A stretch of DNA of 64,000 bases. It comes from Phoronis australis. Lineage: Eukaryota; Animalia; Phoronida. Both the position numbers and the translations under genes were made by a program. The notes beneath the pieces were generated by a model. The model was not told the DNA's origin. It did not search any database and was given only the letters and a program-made list of their open reading frames with translations. Below, in pieces: positions 1 to 12,800 of this stretch. The stretch lies in assembly GCA_002633005.1 (NCBI GenBank), contig NMRA01000575.1:153325-217324 (forward strand), read 5' to 3'. Position 1 is the stretch's first letter. Each line of letters begins with the position of its first letter.

Positions 1-555
1 GTGTTGACGCAGCTCTGTGTACACTGACTTAATTGTAAGGATAATAAAAATTGCTATGATAGTAATAGTAACAGTAGCAATAATCATTCTGTGAGTCACA
101 AAAGTATTAACAAGATACTCTACAGCGTGAGATTATTTTTCACTGGTACAACTTGTAGAGATGCCACGGATGACTGCAGCAAATAAAAATCGTTAAGTTT
201 TGACACAAAACGCAATCATTTGTACAGCTCCAATACACAAATAAAAGCATGTGCATTGTTTCTATGCTTCTTGGAAACGATTGATTTTTTCAGTTTTGAA
301 CACATTACGTAAAGTACATGTACGTGTTATTTGAATGTCAATAATGCCAATAATATCTGCGCTTTATACGAGGGAGTTTGACGTAAATGAGTTACAAAGA
401 ACACTTACTTGCCAGTAAAATCTCTTTTGGATATTCATATTTCAGATGATAATATTTGTATGTAGGCGTTATCACGTACCGACCAAATTTGAAACGATGT
501 ATACCTCGATTGAATGGCTGACTCTAATGCAATCTTCATTTAAAAATGTCTTCAG

Positions 556-858
556 CGCCATCAGGCAATGTTTCCGTAACTATCCTCACCAAGGGCACTC
601 GGTCAGTTTCAATCACCGTCTCAAACCTGAATTGTCAAGACAGAAATGGAGTTATAACTCACTACGAATACATTATTACTAACGACGGAACCACGTGCTT
701 CACTGCCTCAATCAATACGAACGGGTCGTTTACCGAAATTCAATCGGATATAACCGGCCTGGTTCCCGGCAACTCATTCACTGTACGGGTTCGTGCTCAT
801 ACTTCTGCTGGTTCAGGGCCTTGGAGTGATGGCGCCAGATTCACTACGTTAGAGGAGG
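556..858 (+). CDS. RPTP exon: FN3 domain
   Basis: APSGNVSV...NGVITHY...[24 protein letters not shown]; phase 1-1 exon, cag/gtgag boundaries. Confidence 0.9.
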
Positions 859-3800
859 GTGAGTTACCAAGAAAGTTGATAGACTTTTAGGAAAGCGTTT
901 TGTGCTTGTCTACTCTTAAAATATTAGTTTCATAACTTTTTCATACAGGTACCAACACGAAAAAACGAAAGATGAGGCATAGTGTTTGGCGTGAACTAAT
1001 GTTACAATTTACCCTAGACTTCTTTACTGCAGCAGAGAAGCTTATACTTGTCCAATTCTGCTTGTAGATTCGCAAGTGCTACACTGACACTTGGCGTACA
1101 TGTAGTGCGGTAATAATTGATAACATGAAACAATACGAATAGTTGATGCGAATGTAATAATAATGTTTAGTTTTGCTGCAAACCCGCCTTGTGACATTTA
1201 AATGATACTACGTTCTATTCTATTGCTACTCATCACACCAATAATAAATACAGCTCCACCATCACCGAAGAATCTAAGTGTGGTAGATATGAGCCCAACA
1301 TTCGTCATTATTGGATGGATGCCACCGTGTCCCCCTAACGGCGTTATAAGGGAATATCAGCTAAATCACCAAAGTCTGAACGTCACTGATGACAAGAACA
1401 TAACGACGTGCACAGATTGTTCGTCTTTGAAGCTCCTTAACTTGAAGATGAATAACACATACGAATTTAAGGTAAGGTTGAACTGAATGGTCCTTGTAAT
1501 GCCTTTCCACGAGGCCTGACTTATTAATCTACCTGTTTAGGCCTACATGGAAAACGGACTTATCGTCACCATATGCCACCATCAGTCTAGATTCATCAGA
1601 TAGGCCTAGCTGTGTTCGTTCAAGTTACATAACTCGTTGGAATCCACCTTTGTCATTGATTTCATCATGAATTTAGCATTATCTCTCCTGTCATCACTTG
1701 TAGTGCAAGCATTATATAGAAATTTCTACGATGTCGCATGGAAAGCAGAGATGTATGTTTCGTTACATCCACATTGTAGATTCGAGCAAAGACCACTGAC
1801 TGGGGCAACTGGAGCCGATCCATTTACAAGACTGTTAAAGAGGGAGGTAGGGCTCAAAACTACGTCTTTGTTGGCTTCACATGATCGCTGCTAAGTTGCA
1901 TGAAATACATGTACATGTACAATGTATACAGCATGACATGCATTGTTGTGCGACATTGAGTTGTGTACAACTTGATTTGTTTTGCCTTGACATCACTAGA
2001 GATGAACTTTCCTGACCATTCTGTCAAAGTTAAAGGACACGTGTCCCTCGTTTACAGTGTATATAGTGTTTGTATCTTACACGCATGTGATATTACGACT
2101 AGAAGCTCAATATGTATACCACTTTCACCACTTTCAGTTCCTGAAATGCCACAGAACGTTTTGTGCAAGGACAGAACACCAAAGTCACTTACTGTTCACT
2201 GGGTTGAACCAAGCCGAAAAAATGGATTGTTAACACACTATAAGGTATGTTGACATTCCATACTTACAATATGGAATGAAAACCGGTAGTTTTGATCATT
2301 TGTTCACTATTTCAGCGTATGTGCTGTAATGCTGTCTCGCTGTTGTGTAATTGAGCAACGTGAAATTTGATTTAATTGCCCCTTTATATTTCAAAAACGT
2401 TTCAAAACAGGAAAGCAAACAACCTATCGAAGATAACGTCTGTGTCGTTCAAAAAGGAACATGAACAAGTTTTTATATGGTTAATGTGGCTACAGTGGAG
2501 TTTGAGCGACATCTACAGGTGATCAGACGCACAGTCATAGACTGAGATGCGCAACAGTGGAATGGCATTCGTGAATAGGTCTGAAAGGTACCATACAATC
2601 GTACGCTGGAACTTTGAAGCACATATCAGAACCTTGTATCATCACCTTGAACTATTGAAACACGAAAGAATCATAAAATAATTTGTACCAAGAAAAATGA
2701 TGCAAACGGAATGCAAAATTAAGGATTGTTCTAAAACCCCTCCACCCCCTCATCTCACGACCCCCCAACTCACGACCCACTACCCCGCCGACCCATGACC
2801 CACATTCCTCTACACTCATTCTACACAAGCTCGACTCTCTCTGAACATAGAACAAGCGCTGACTTGCAGGACCAGTAAGTTGGGCCGTGAACCCGGCTGG
2901 CTTTTCCCTGTTTTTTTGCATATTTAAGAGAGTCGATCTGGCAATCTGAAAGCCAAATCAGAAAAAAAAAACAACGCGAACAAATGAAAATAAAGTCCAT
3001 CCAACGTTACAAACCTCGTTCCAGGCAGGCTGTATTCGTCTCGTCTGCTCATCACTGAATGGCAAATTTAAGCTTTTTGATAAAGTGCGAGAAACCGACT
3101 GTTAACTAGAAAGTATCTCAATTATATGTGGAGTGTATTGTAAATGAGAGTACAACTGAAAGCAAAAAATAAAAATGTGAAATTACGTACATTCACGTTG
3201 ACGTATTCTCTCCATAAGATAAGTGGAACAGGGCCATTGGTTACCGCTCGTGGAACTAAATGTATTTCCGTGACAACGATAGCGCGCTTACTATCTGGTA
3301 TTTCACATCACGTTCGCACGTTTTGAGTAATGGTTCGTGCACTTGATTCGTGATTTTGCGGTTTGTTTGTGAACATTCTTTTCGAAGAGGAACATTGTAC
3401 TGATGAGAACCTGTGCTAAATGGTAACTTATGTTTTTATGCCGCTGTTACATTCGTGGCATACATTTAGCAATCAATTTCATTTCAGTAACTGTTCACAA
3501 AATACTGTCAACCACAACAGGCTATCTGTCCTTTTAGTTATCTTGGAATGCTGCACATGAGAAGCCGTCGCCAGTTCCCGTGAAACCAACTATCCGGAAG
3601 TTTACCGTTCCTGATCTGAATCCAGGGACGCGATATACCGTGCAAGTGGCGGCGAGAACTTCAGTTGGCTTTGGACCACCGGCGACTGTAATCTGCTGGA
3701 CGGGTTTATCTGGTAGATATCAACAATGCGCTCACCAGTTGCATATAGTTCCTTTTTATCACATTTTTTTGCAATTCAAGCACGTTTCCCATAATTGTTA

Positions 3801-6800
3801 ACGTAGTACATGAAGGACCATTTATTTTATGAATTGTTTGCGACTATGACTGCCTCTCATTGTCGCTGTTGCGTGATCTTCAAAAGATTCAATGGCCGTT
3901 TTCAAAACTTTCCTGACTGGAAGAATTGGGTTTCATTTCTGTTCTGGTCCGTTCTTCACACCAGAACATGACATTGGGCACACCTAAGAACTTTTCGGTG
4001 GTCCCACACCTCCAAAGAGTAGTACGTAGAAGGAGTGTTCTTGGATAGACATTTGTATGACATGAATGCGAATATATGGGTTAATTATGAATCCGCTCAA
4101 AGACTTGTGTTCATAGATATACCGATCAGTGTAACAGTTAAGCAAGACTCTCCGAAGGCCTGGGATTCAACAGCTTAGATAAAACATTATGGGGAGAACG
4201 TTGATTTGAGTAAGTAATACAATGTATGGAGGGGGTCCCCACCTTGTTTGTTTTGCGTTGATGAGGTTCGCGAGGGAAATAAGTGGACGCGGTCTTATTG
4301 CTTTTGTCGGGACCATCGGACTGTTGCTCACATTTGAATAAGAAGACATACAGTGGTACAGGCGTGCATGATATGACCTTGAACCAATTTAATATCATTA
4401 TGCAGACTTACCAAAGCTTCAAATATCGAAGATAGACACAGACGAAATGACATCAACTACTGCAGTGCTACCTATTGTACCAGTAACAGATTATCCAAAC
4501 AGCATTGATATCAAGTAAGTCAACAGTTTTTTTTGGGAAACGAAGGATTTTATATTTCCTATACTTTTGTAAAAAGTCCTATTTTCGCGTCAGTATAGAA
4601 ATGATCGAATGTGTATTTTTAATAAAAGTGTATACTGAAAAAGTAATATCGTAAGGATAGTGAGTACTCTTTACTGCTGGAGGAAGGAAATGCAGAATAG
4701 TTGATAAAACCAAGAAACATTCAAATCCAGGTCTTTCGATTCATCATAAATAAAAAGAACATTGGGTCACTTAAGCTATATGTACTCAAAACCAGTTCTT
4801 TGAACAGGACGTGTTTCATATCCTATACCACTGTGCGCTCAGAATGCACTAAGCATTATAACAGTACAAACTCCTCTTGTAAAACTGTTGATCATCTGTG
4901 CATGTTAAAGGGCAGAAAACTCCTTCACGAGCAATGTTTTCTTTAAGTTTTTGCATCCATTCATTACATTTGACAAGAACATCTATAGCCTAATGTCCAA
5001 ATCCAGTTCTTTTAGTCTTCACTGCCAATTCTAGGGGCTATTTCCTCAAAATGGCCTGTGTATACAGGCTGTTGCATGACCATCTCAACTAAGGCTAATC
5101 GTCTTGTGGATATTTTGATAGTTACTGATGTTAAGTATACATGTATGTTTTCATAGTTATGAAATGAAATATTGTAAACCATATGGCAGTTACAGAATTC
5201 CTGTTTTCCTATTTTTGACATACAGTGTACAGTTTACAATAGGCAGAAGATAATAAGAAAGAATATACGCATTGTCAGCTAACGAAGCATTTTGTTTCAA
5301 ATCCTTAATTTATTTGGAAACAGGTTTTATCTTATTGTCGTCGAAAGGGAGAAAATTATCTCCCGCAGAAGGAGAGAAGCTATCGATGTCTCCACATTAA
5401 AAGGTTATGAGGAGGCGACGTCTAGTGGTGATTCTCGATATATAACTGCTAACTTGACCTACACAGAGGTCGAAACAAGGAAGACATTCGTTGTTGGAGA
5501 CCAAAAGACGTACGGTGGATACAAAAACGTTCAACTTAAAGCAGGGGGCAGATACAGATTCCTGATTGGAGTTTATGTTCAGAATGACTTCGTAAGTAGC
5601 TTGATGTTAAAAAAGCTCTCAAGCAATAATTCAAGCCAAGTGCTGATTTATTTTCTTATTCAGGTTTGATCAGTGAGTCTTATTCTCTTTGGTTTCTGCG
5701 TTCTCCTTTTCACTCTTTACATACATGTACCTACAGTGTATAAGGTGTTTGAATCTACAAGACTCAATATGCAACCCCAAAACACTCTAGAAGGTGATGT
5801 AAATAGGCTGTAAGTCAGTGTTGATATGATGTACATGTACAATGTACGTGGATTGGTGCATCAACGCTGACAACATCACATCACTGTTGTTTTATACCTG
5901 GAAAAACAAGACCTTATTTAGTAATTCAAATTTTGAAAGACATTTTCAATGAAAATAAAGATTAGTTTTTTTTGTTCCGTGTAGTGTTACATTCTTTGAT
6001 TTAAAACGATGCGCTTGCTTCTTTAGTGAAACTGACTTTTGTTTTCTTTTGTTTTAGGAGAATAAAACTCAGTTTCAAGTTCTTGAATTTGAGGGACTGG
6101 CATCCAGTGAATTCATAGAAGGTGACTCTTATGAACCTTTTATGCCTTTCAGTTCATTGAAGTAAGATTGTGAACCTTCGTGATCACTCCATTTGAAATG
6201 ATCGTGTTTTTGCGTTTGTAAAACACCAGCTAAAAATGATGTGTCTCATTAAAACTGTGACTTCCTGGAGAACTCTCCGTACAAGTATACCAGGAAAAAA
6301 CAGTTTGTAAAGGAATTGAGGTTTTAAAGAAAACACCCCAACTGATACACTTCCAATTCCAAACATTACGCAATCGTTTTTGGTAGTGGAATAACAAATA
6401 ATAAAACTTTGCCTTGTTTCATTAGGGTAACGAGGAAGTATTACCATACTCATTTATATAAAATAGTCTCACTGAACGAGACTTTCGCGAGATTGTAATG
6501 GTAACTGGTTCTCTGTTTGAAAACTAGTACTTCATTTGCATATGTATAATTTAATGAGACATACCATCTTTAATGTTTACGATTTCATTCACGTTTGTAG
6601 CCTACAATTTAGAATGAAATGAGTTTAATGGTATTCCCATCTAAAGTGTTAATGAAACCCAGGATTTCGATAACAAGATCATTTTACTGAGTTACCCACC
6701 ACATGGAGTTGCGGATTCTTGGTTTGAATCCAGTCCAAGTCTGCTATGTAACCAGTTTTCAGTATGCCTGTATTTGAATGGAGCATGACATTTATCAAAA

Positions 6801-9800
6801 AAGGACTGTATATTAACTCACTCTATTTGTCTTATGGTTTTCGGGATAGCTTGTTCTCAAAATGTTATATAAAGTCGAATTATAACCACCTCCGTTACTG
6901 GTATCCAAGATCAAAGTCTAGGATGAGAAGGACATTGTTACTATAGTGAATAAATTATGACTAATTCTTTATTCTCCATCGATGTCAGCAAAGAACTTTA
7001 AACAAGACAGGATGACAACGATTGGTGGCGCTTGTGGTGGTGTTGCAGCATTCCTATTGGTTCTAGCATTGGTAGTTTTCATTGTTCGGAGGTGAGAACA
7101 CACGGTTTCATTCTCAGTCACCGTAAACGGTGAAATACTTGACGGTTATAGATTTTACAAACAACTAAAGTAAACGATGTACGATTGTTAGATTACTTAT
7201 GTAAATAAGTTAACAAAAACATGTTGACAACGTGGTCTGAGTTTTTTGGATTTTTTAACTGTTGCATTCGTAGAAAGAGAACGAATACAAATGAGAGTAA
7301 AATATAATAGTCTATTTACTCGGAGAACTACAAGAAGGGGTGAGAGCGTGGTCTGTTGGCGTAATTTCCACGTGAACAAACTGTAATGAAATCCACACCT
7401 AATGCTGTCAATACATTAGCAATAAAACGGTTTTCCAAAACAGCTTTTTAAACAAAGATATATGCATAAAAATGTGGCCGACCAAACCCGCAAGCAAACA
7501 TTGAAGTATCAGTTCAATCATCAACTGAATTGTTTTTGGAAACTTTCTGCCACAATCAAAGTCAGAGACCAATGCATTTTTGTATCAATGAGTGAATACG
7601 AGTTTTGTCGTAGTTTTTCGTGATATTGTATTACCAAACTAGACGCAATATATATGGCCAAAGTTCAATCTCTATGTCCTCTTGGTCATTGTTAGACGAA
7701 GACAGCAGGCTGAAAACAAGAGCACCTCCTCAGATCTGCGCCTAGACGACATCAAAACAGACGGTAAGTGTCCATTGTACACAATTTGTGTCTTACTGTG
7801 GTTCAATGTACTTATCATATTACATGTACATACTACGGCTAAACCTGTCCACGAAGTTGTTGATGGAGTCCCACCTCGTATTCGTGGAATGAAAGATTGG
7901 CATACGTCTTGCGACGGTTTTGAGTTCCGGGTTCTCCATTCGTGACCTAAGCTAGCTCACATATTGGGTAGAAGTCCAATAAAGGGTTACAAACCTGCGC
8001 GCTAGCTACAACTGTGTAACAGACTGAGCTCAAGCCAGTTTGCCACATGTTGTCTGCACTCTTTAGATTGGACTGCTGATAAGCAACCTGCACTAGATTT
8101 TAAAGGGAAGAAGTATCTGCTTGGATGCGCCAATACACAGCAGCTGGCACGGAAAACTGTCACGGGAGTAGCATCTGTGCAGATATCCGATTCGGTTTGA
8201 CGTTGTCTTAGACTGCCAAGATTTTAGCTATTAGTGCTTTAGGGTTATGTAAGCACATACAGATGTTCCTGTTTGAATCTTAGAATGGCATTGCAGGAAG
8301 ACGCGTAGTGTTCAAATTAATTGCAACCCTGCATCTGATTTCGGTTAGAATTACAATTCTGGAGGTGGTAACGGTAGTGGAAATTGTCGTATGACATGTC
8401 ACTAAAAATGGTTATAGTCGAAACTATTTTTCTTACAAGAGTTTTGACATTGCATTAAATATATTTGTTTGGCAATCCCTTGAATGGTTATAATTCCAAA
8501 CAGAATCTACCAATGGCTACGAAAATGCGTACGTGAATGCCGAACCGATGAATGGAAGTCCCCAACCGTGCAACCCACTTCTGTCGGAGCCAGTTTACGA
8601 AGATTTCAATAAATCAATCAAAGTTGAAGATTTGGTGTGGTACGTCGGAAATGCCTTTACTAACGACATAGTTGTGAAAGAATACGAGGTACGTAATTTT
8701 GGCATTATAACTTCGGCATGTCGCTCACTTTCGTTGAATAAGGCATTGTCCGAACCGGAGAGAACACATTCTACACATTTTGTACGTGCGACTTAGAGCA
8801 TATAGTTGACAATCCGAGTCAAGTTTAATTTGACCGAGTTCGTTCTGTAAAGAATATAAGCTTAACAGTATGTGTTTTTCTGCCTGCGCCGAGTTAAGAT
8901 ATTCCGTGAACACTCAGTTCCTCTTTTGACAACGTACAGTTAGTTGCTCCTAGAATAAGATGATCCATGACAACATAATGTAAATATCTATCCCAGTTGA
9001 CTATGTTAACATTCATATAATTACTGATGTTTAGCTTTGCCTTAACGTTTTTGTCCCAAACAAGATAATAGATTAGGTAGAAAATGTATGAATAAACGTG
9101 CTTGTGCTAAACAATTTTCAAACTTTTTTGTGTAATTTCTGTCTATATTTCGTGCTTGTATTTTTCAGAGTCTCCCCATCGATCACATTTTCCCCCATAC
9201 TGAGGGAATTAAAGAGGAGAATAAAAAGAAAAATCGATTCAAGAACATCTTAGCATGTAAATGATTTATTCAAAGTTGGCTTTGTAGTTGTTTACCTATC
9301 AATGTTTAGTTTTGCTATGGGTTTTGAAACTTGAAAACATTAACAATCCCCTCTTGAATTTTTGCCAAATTAGTCTGCAACTCAGGTTACCAAAACTGTG
9401 TACATGCGCTATTTTCGACATTGAAATAATTATTTTAGGGTTTGCCAATTCCACAAACTGTAAAACCTTTTGAGATTGGTAATGGTTTCTACTTTGGATA
9501 TCGGGTCGTATTACTCTGAACTATAGCATAAGCAGATTTTATCAGCTTGCTAGTGCTAGTTTTTGGCAGCTAAGAATGAAGGCAGGTAAGTTAAAAACTG
9601 CTTTTCATAATGACGTGCTTGGGTCACGAATAGAATGTAAATGGTTGTAAAGTTCAATGATCAGAGGGAGGATATTACTGGGCGTTGTCTTTGTTACATG
9701 TTCTTGCAATTTAGTTTACGTTTTACTTAACCACTCGCTGATATCTCACGTAACTACCGACGCAGTCATCTAAATGTACGTCATATCTCTGTCGTTTGTT

Positions 9801-12800
9801 GTTATTGAATGGCGTGGTATTGACAGTGAGCCTTAAATTTCTAATACAAATTATTATATCCTCCAACATCATTTTCTAGATGACAAAAATCGCATCGTCC
9901 TTGAACTTCTGGCCCACGACATTAATTCTGGCTATGTTAACGCCAGCTACATCGATGGTTACAACCGTCCTAAGGCATTCATTGCTGCTATGGGTAAGTA
10001 ATGGAGGCGCATACATCTGTATTGGAATGGAGCGTATTTTTACTCGAGATAGTTTTAGTTTATTTATTAGAGACAAATACGATAGTAGAAGTGGCCCGTT
10101 GTGTTAAATCGAGATATTCACGAATGAATCTTTTGAAATTACCTACTTCACTTTAAATGCTTGGCGACATCTCGCGACGACTTGCAAACATGAATCCTTC
10201 TAGCAGAATTATCAGGAGCCCAACTTTAGTGCATACAATTTTGGTTTATTATTAAGTCACCATGTGGTGTAGGCTCATCGTACGCGTTTTCCAGGAAAAT
10301 ATTTGAAGTCATTGTCATTGCTTGTACTTTTCACTCATTAGGTCCCAATAGAAACACTGTGGAAGACTTTTGGCGAATGATATGGCAAGAGCAAATAACA
10401 CGGATTGTGATGCTAACGAAAAACGTGGAAGATGGGAAGGTAGGACATACATGTACTGTATAACGACAGGCACGTATCATAGATCATGTCAAGAAGGGGT
10501 CTCAGTGGAAAGACGTCGGTATACTATGACTACATGTAGTTCCACTTCATCCACAAGACTTAACGTAGCACGGTAGTTTCAGGATCGTTGACCCCTTAGG
10601 AATTCGCGCATGAACACACAGATTATTTTGTTGATATTAGTGTACTATTTCTGCTGAGTTGAAGTATTCGAAGGTAAACTTATTACAAGCATAAGCTGCG
10701 TTTTAATACGTTTACAAGTTTATCAGATTACTCACGAATGTCTTTCCTCATAATGTTATTACTGCATTCTGAGTCTGATTTTGCTGCTCCTTGGGTATCT
10801 TGCAAGAAGTGTGTTGTGGTATTCTTATGTAGTCCGGTCAATTTTCGGTTCCAGACGGCATAACCTATACGAAATAGCAAAGGAAGGTTTTTGCTTTGCA
10901 GAAAAGGAATCCTCATCAAGTCTCTCTGCGATATAAACGTACACAGAAATCGGAGGGGTGTAATTTATTTGTTCATAGTGGCAAACAACATGGCCCTCAA
11001 AATCAGTGTTTCTATTTTCTGGGACACCAGTCTTCCTAAGCAGGTGGGAATACCTTGACAAAGCATGTACTCGATTTTAATCTGTTTAGAAAATTTACCG
11101 TCTGCTATTCAAGTTTGCCTGTCTTCTGAGTTTCCGTACGGACTTTTTGCAAATAGCTTTATGTTAGGGAAGGAATTAACCGTCCTATACTCGAACCCAT
11201 AGAACGTTTTCTTCGCCATTAAAGGGGCATTTCAACGCTTTGCAATGCTCTTGGACAATTTTGAATGGCACTGAACATGAAGTAGCTTCGCTATCTTTTT
11301 CCAGAAGTGATATATAGTCGGTTGACCTTGTACTATGGGAATTCCACTCTCAAAAGTGTTTTTGATACATAATATCAGGTTCTGGTCTTCCAGAGTTCTG
11401 AGGACAGTGTATAAATTTGTTGAGGTTGGAAGCATAAGGAAACGTTTTTGATTTTTACTCCGTCACATTCCGTTCTCGAGCTGCAGCGGGTGTCAAACAG
11501 TTTGTCCGCTATCATAACTATCAACTTCCAATAACGTTAGAGTGGTGTGGCTGGTTATCGTGTCTGTGATATAACCTTGTTTGCATTTCATACAGGACAT
11601 CCATGTTGCCAATGGTTTCTAGCTAAAGTAGACATATAATTACGCTGCGATGCGTTTTTGTATCTGCTAATCGTGACATCTTGTAACCTACATGGTTCGT
11701 GGTTGCATTTAATTCTATCAGCAAAAATCATTTAAAGGCAGGTATGCAGCAAATTTACCCAAATACCAAGGTTGACATGGAAAACAAATTGCCAACCTCT
11801 AAATGTGCACTCCGATTGTCTTATACGGTGTCAAATGCAATGTCGTATACGACACGCGGAAAAAGTGGCGGTACGATCCTGGCGTACAATGTACGTGTTC
11901 TCCTGAATCAAACGCTTGCCTTATGAAACTCAGACATGCACGTTTTTCAAGCGACAAAAATTGTGTGACTGTTGAGATTGAAAATTCTTGTCGGAACACG
12001 TGCTCAATTAGTCGTGTATGACAGGACTGTGGTATACGGAAATCGTGTCTGAATGTCTGGACATTGTAAAGGCGGTCTCAACGTTCCCTATCTCTGATTA
12101 TAAGTAATTCCTGGACTTCGAGGGAAAGTGACCTCGCTATTGTTCTAGAACATTCCCGGCGTATTAGAAAGGTCACTTGATCAAGGAACCTTCTTAAACA
12201 TGGAACCTAGCACCAACCAATTCCCAATTCTTCTGAAGTTCACTTCTTTTCTCTGTAATAAATACATTGGAGGTAGGCTGAATTAAAAGTTATTAGTTTT
12301 TTACGAAAGGCGTATTCAATGCAGCATTGAAGAGCTACGGATGCTTAACACGGCGTGCACAGTCTAGGCTTATCTTGTTCTTCTAGCGCAAGTGTGAGGT
12401 TTACTGGCCAGAAAGGAAGCTAACTGAAACATATGGCGATATCTTAGTGACAATTGTTGACAAAGAAAAAGGGACCGACTTCACTACAAGACAGTTCGAA
12501 GTAACAAAGGTAGGACCGATAAATAGTCAAGTCGGAGTACTGTCAATATATCACCATATAACCTAAATCAAACCTTTGTTCTCAATTTAAATTTCAAATC
12601 TTTTAGCAACTTCTAAAATTCTTTACAGAGACTAACTCTCGAATAAAAATGAGGAAGGCATTACCAATGATAATCAGGAAGATATTACGAGTGCTAATGT
12701 CCTATTGATTTAGATAAACGTCGTCTTGCTAGTTAGTCTCAGCTGTAGCAGTTTTCAATTGTTCAAAATACCTTACTGCAATCCAATACGAAATTTCACT

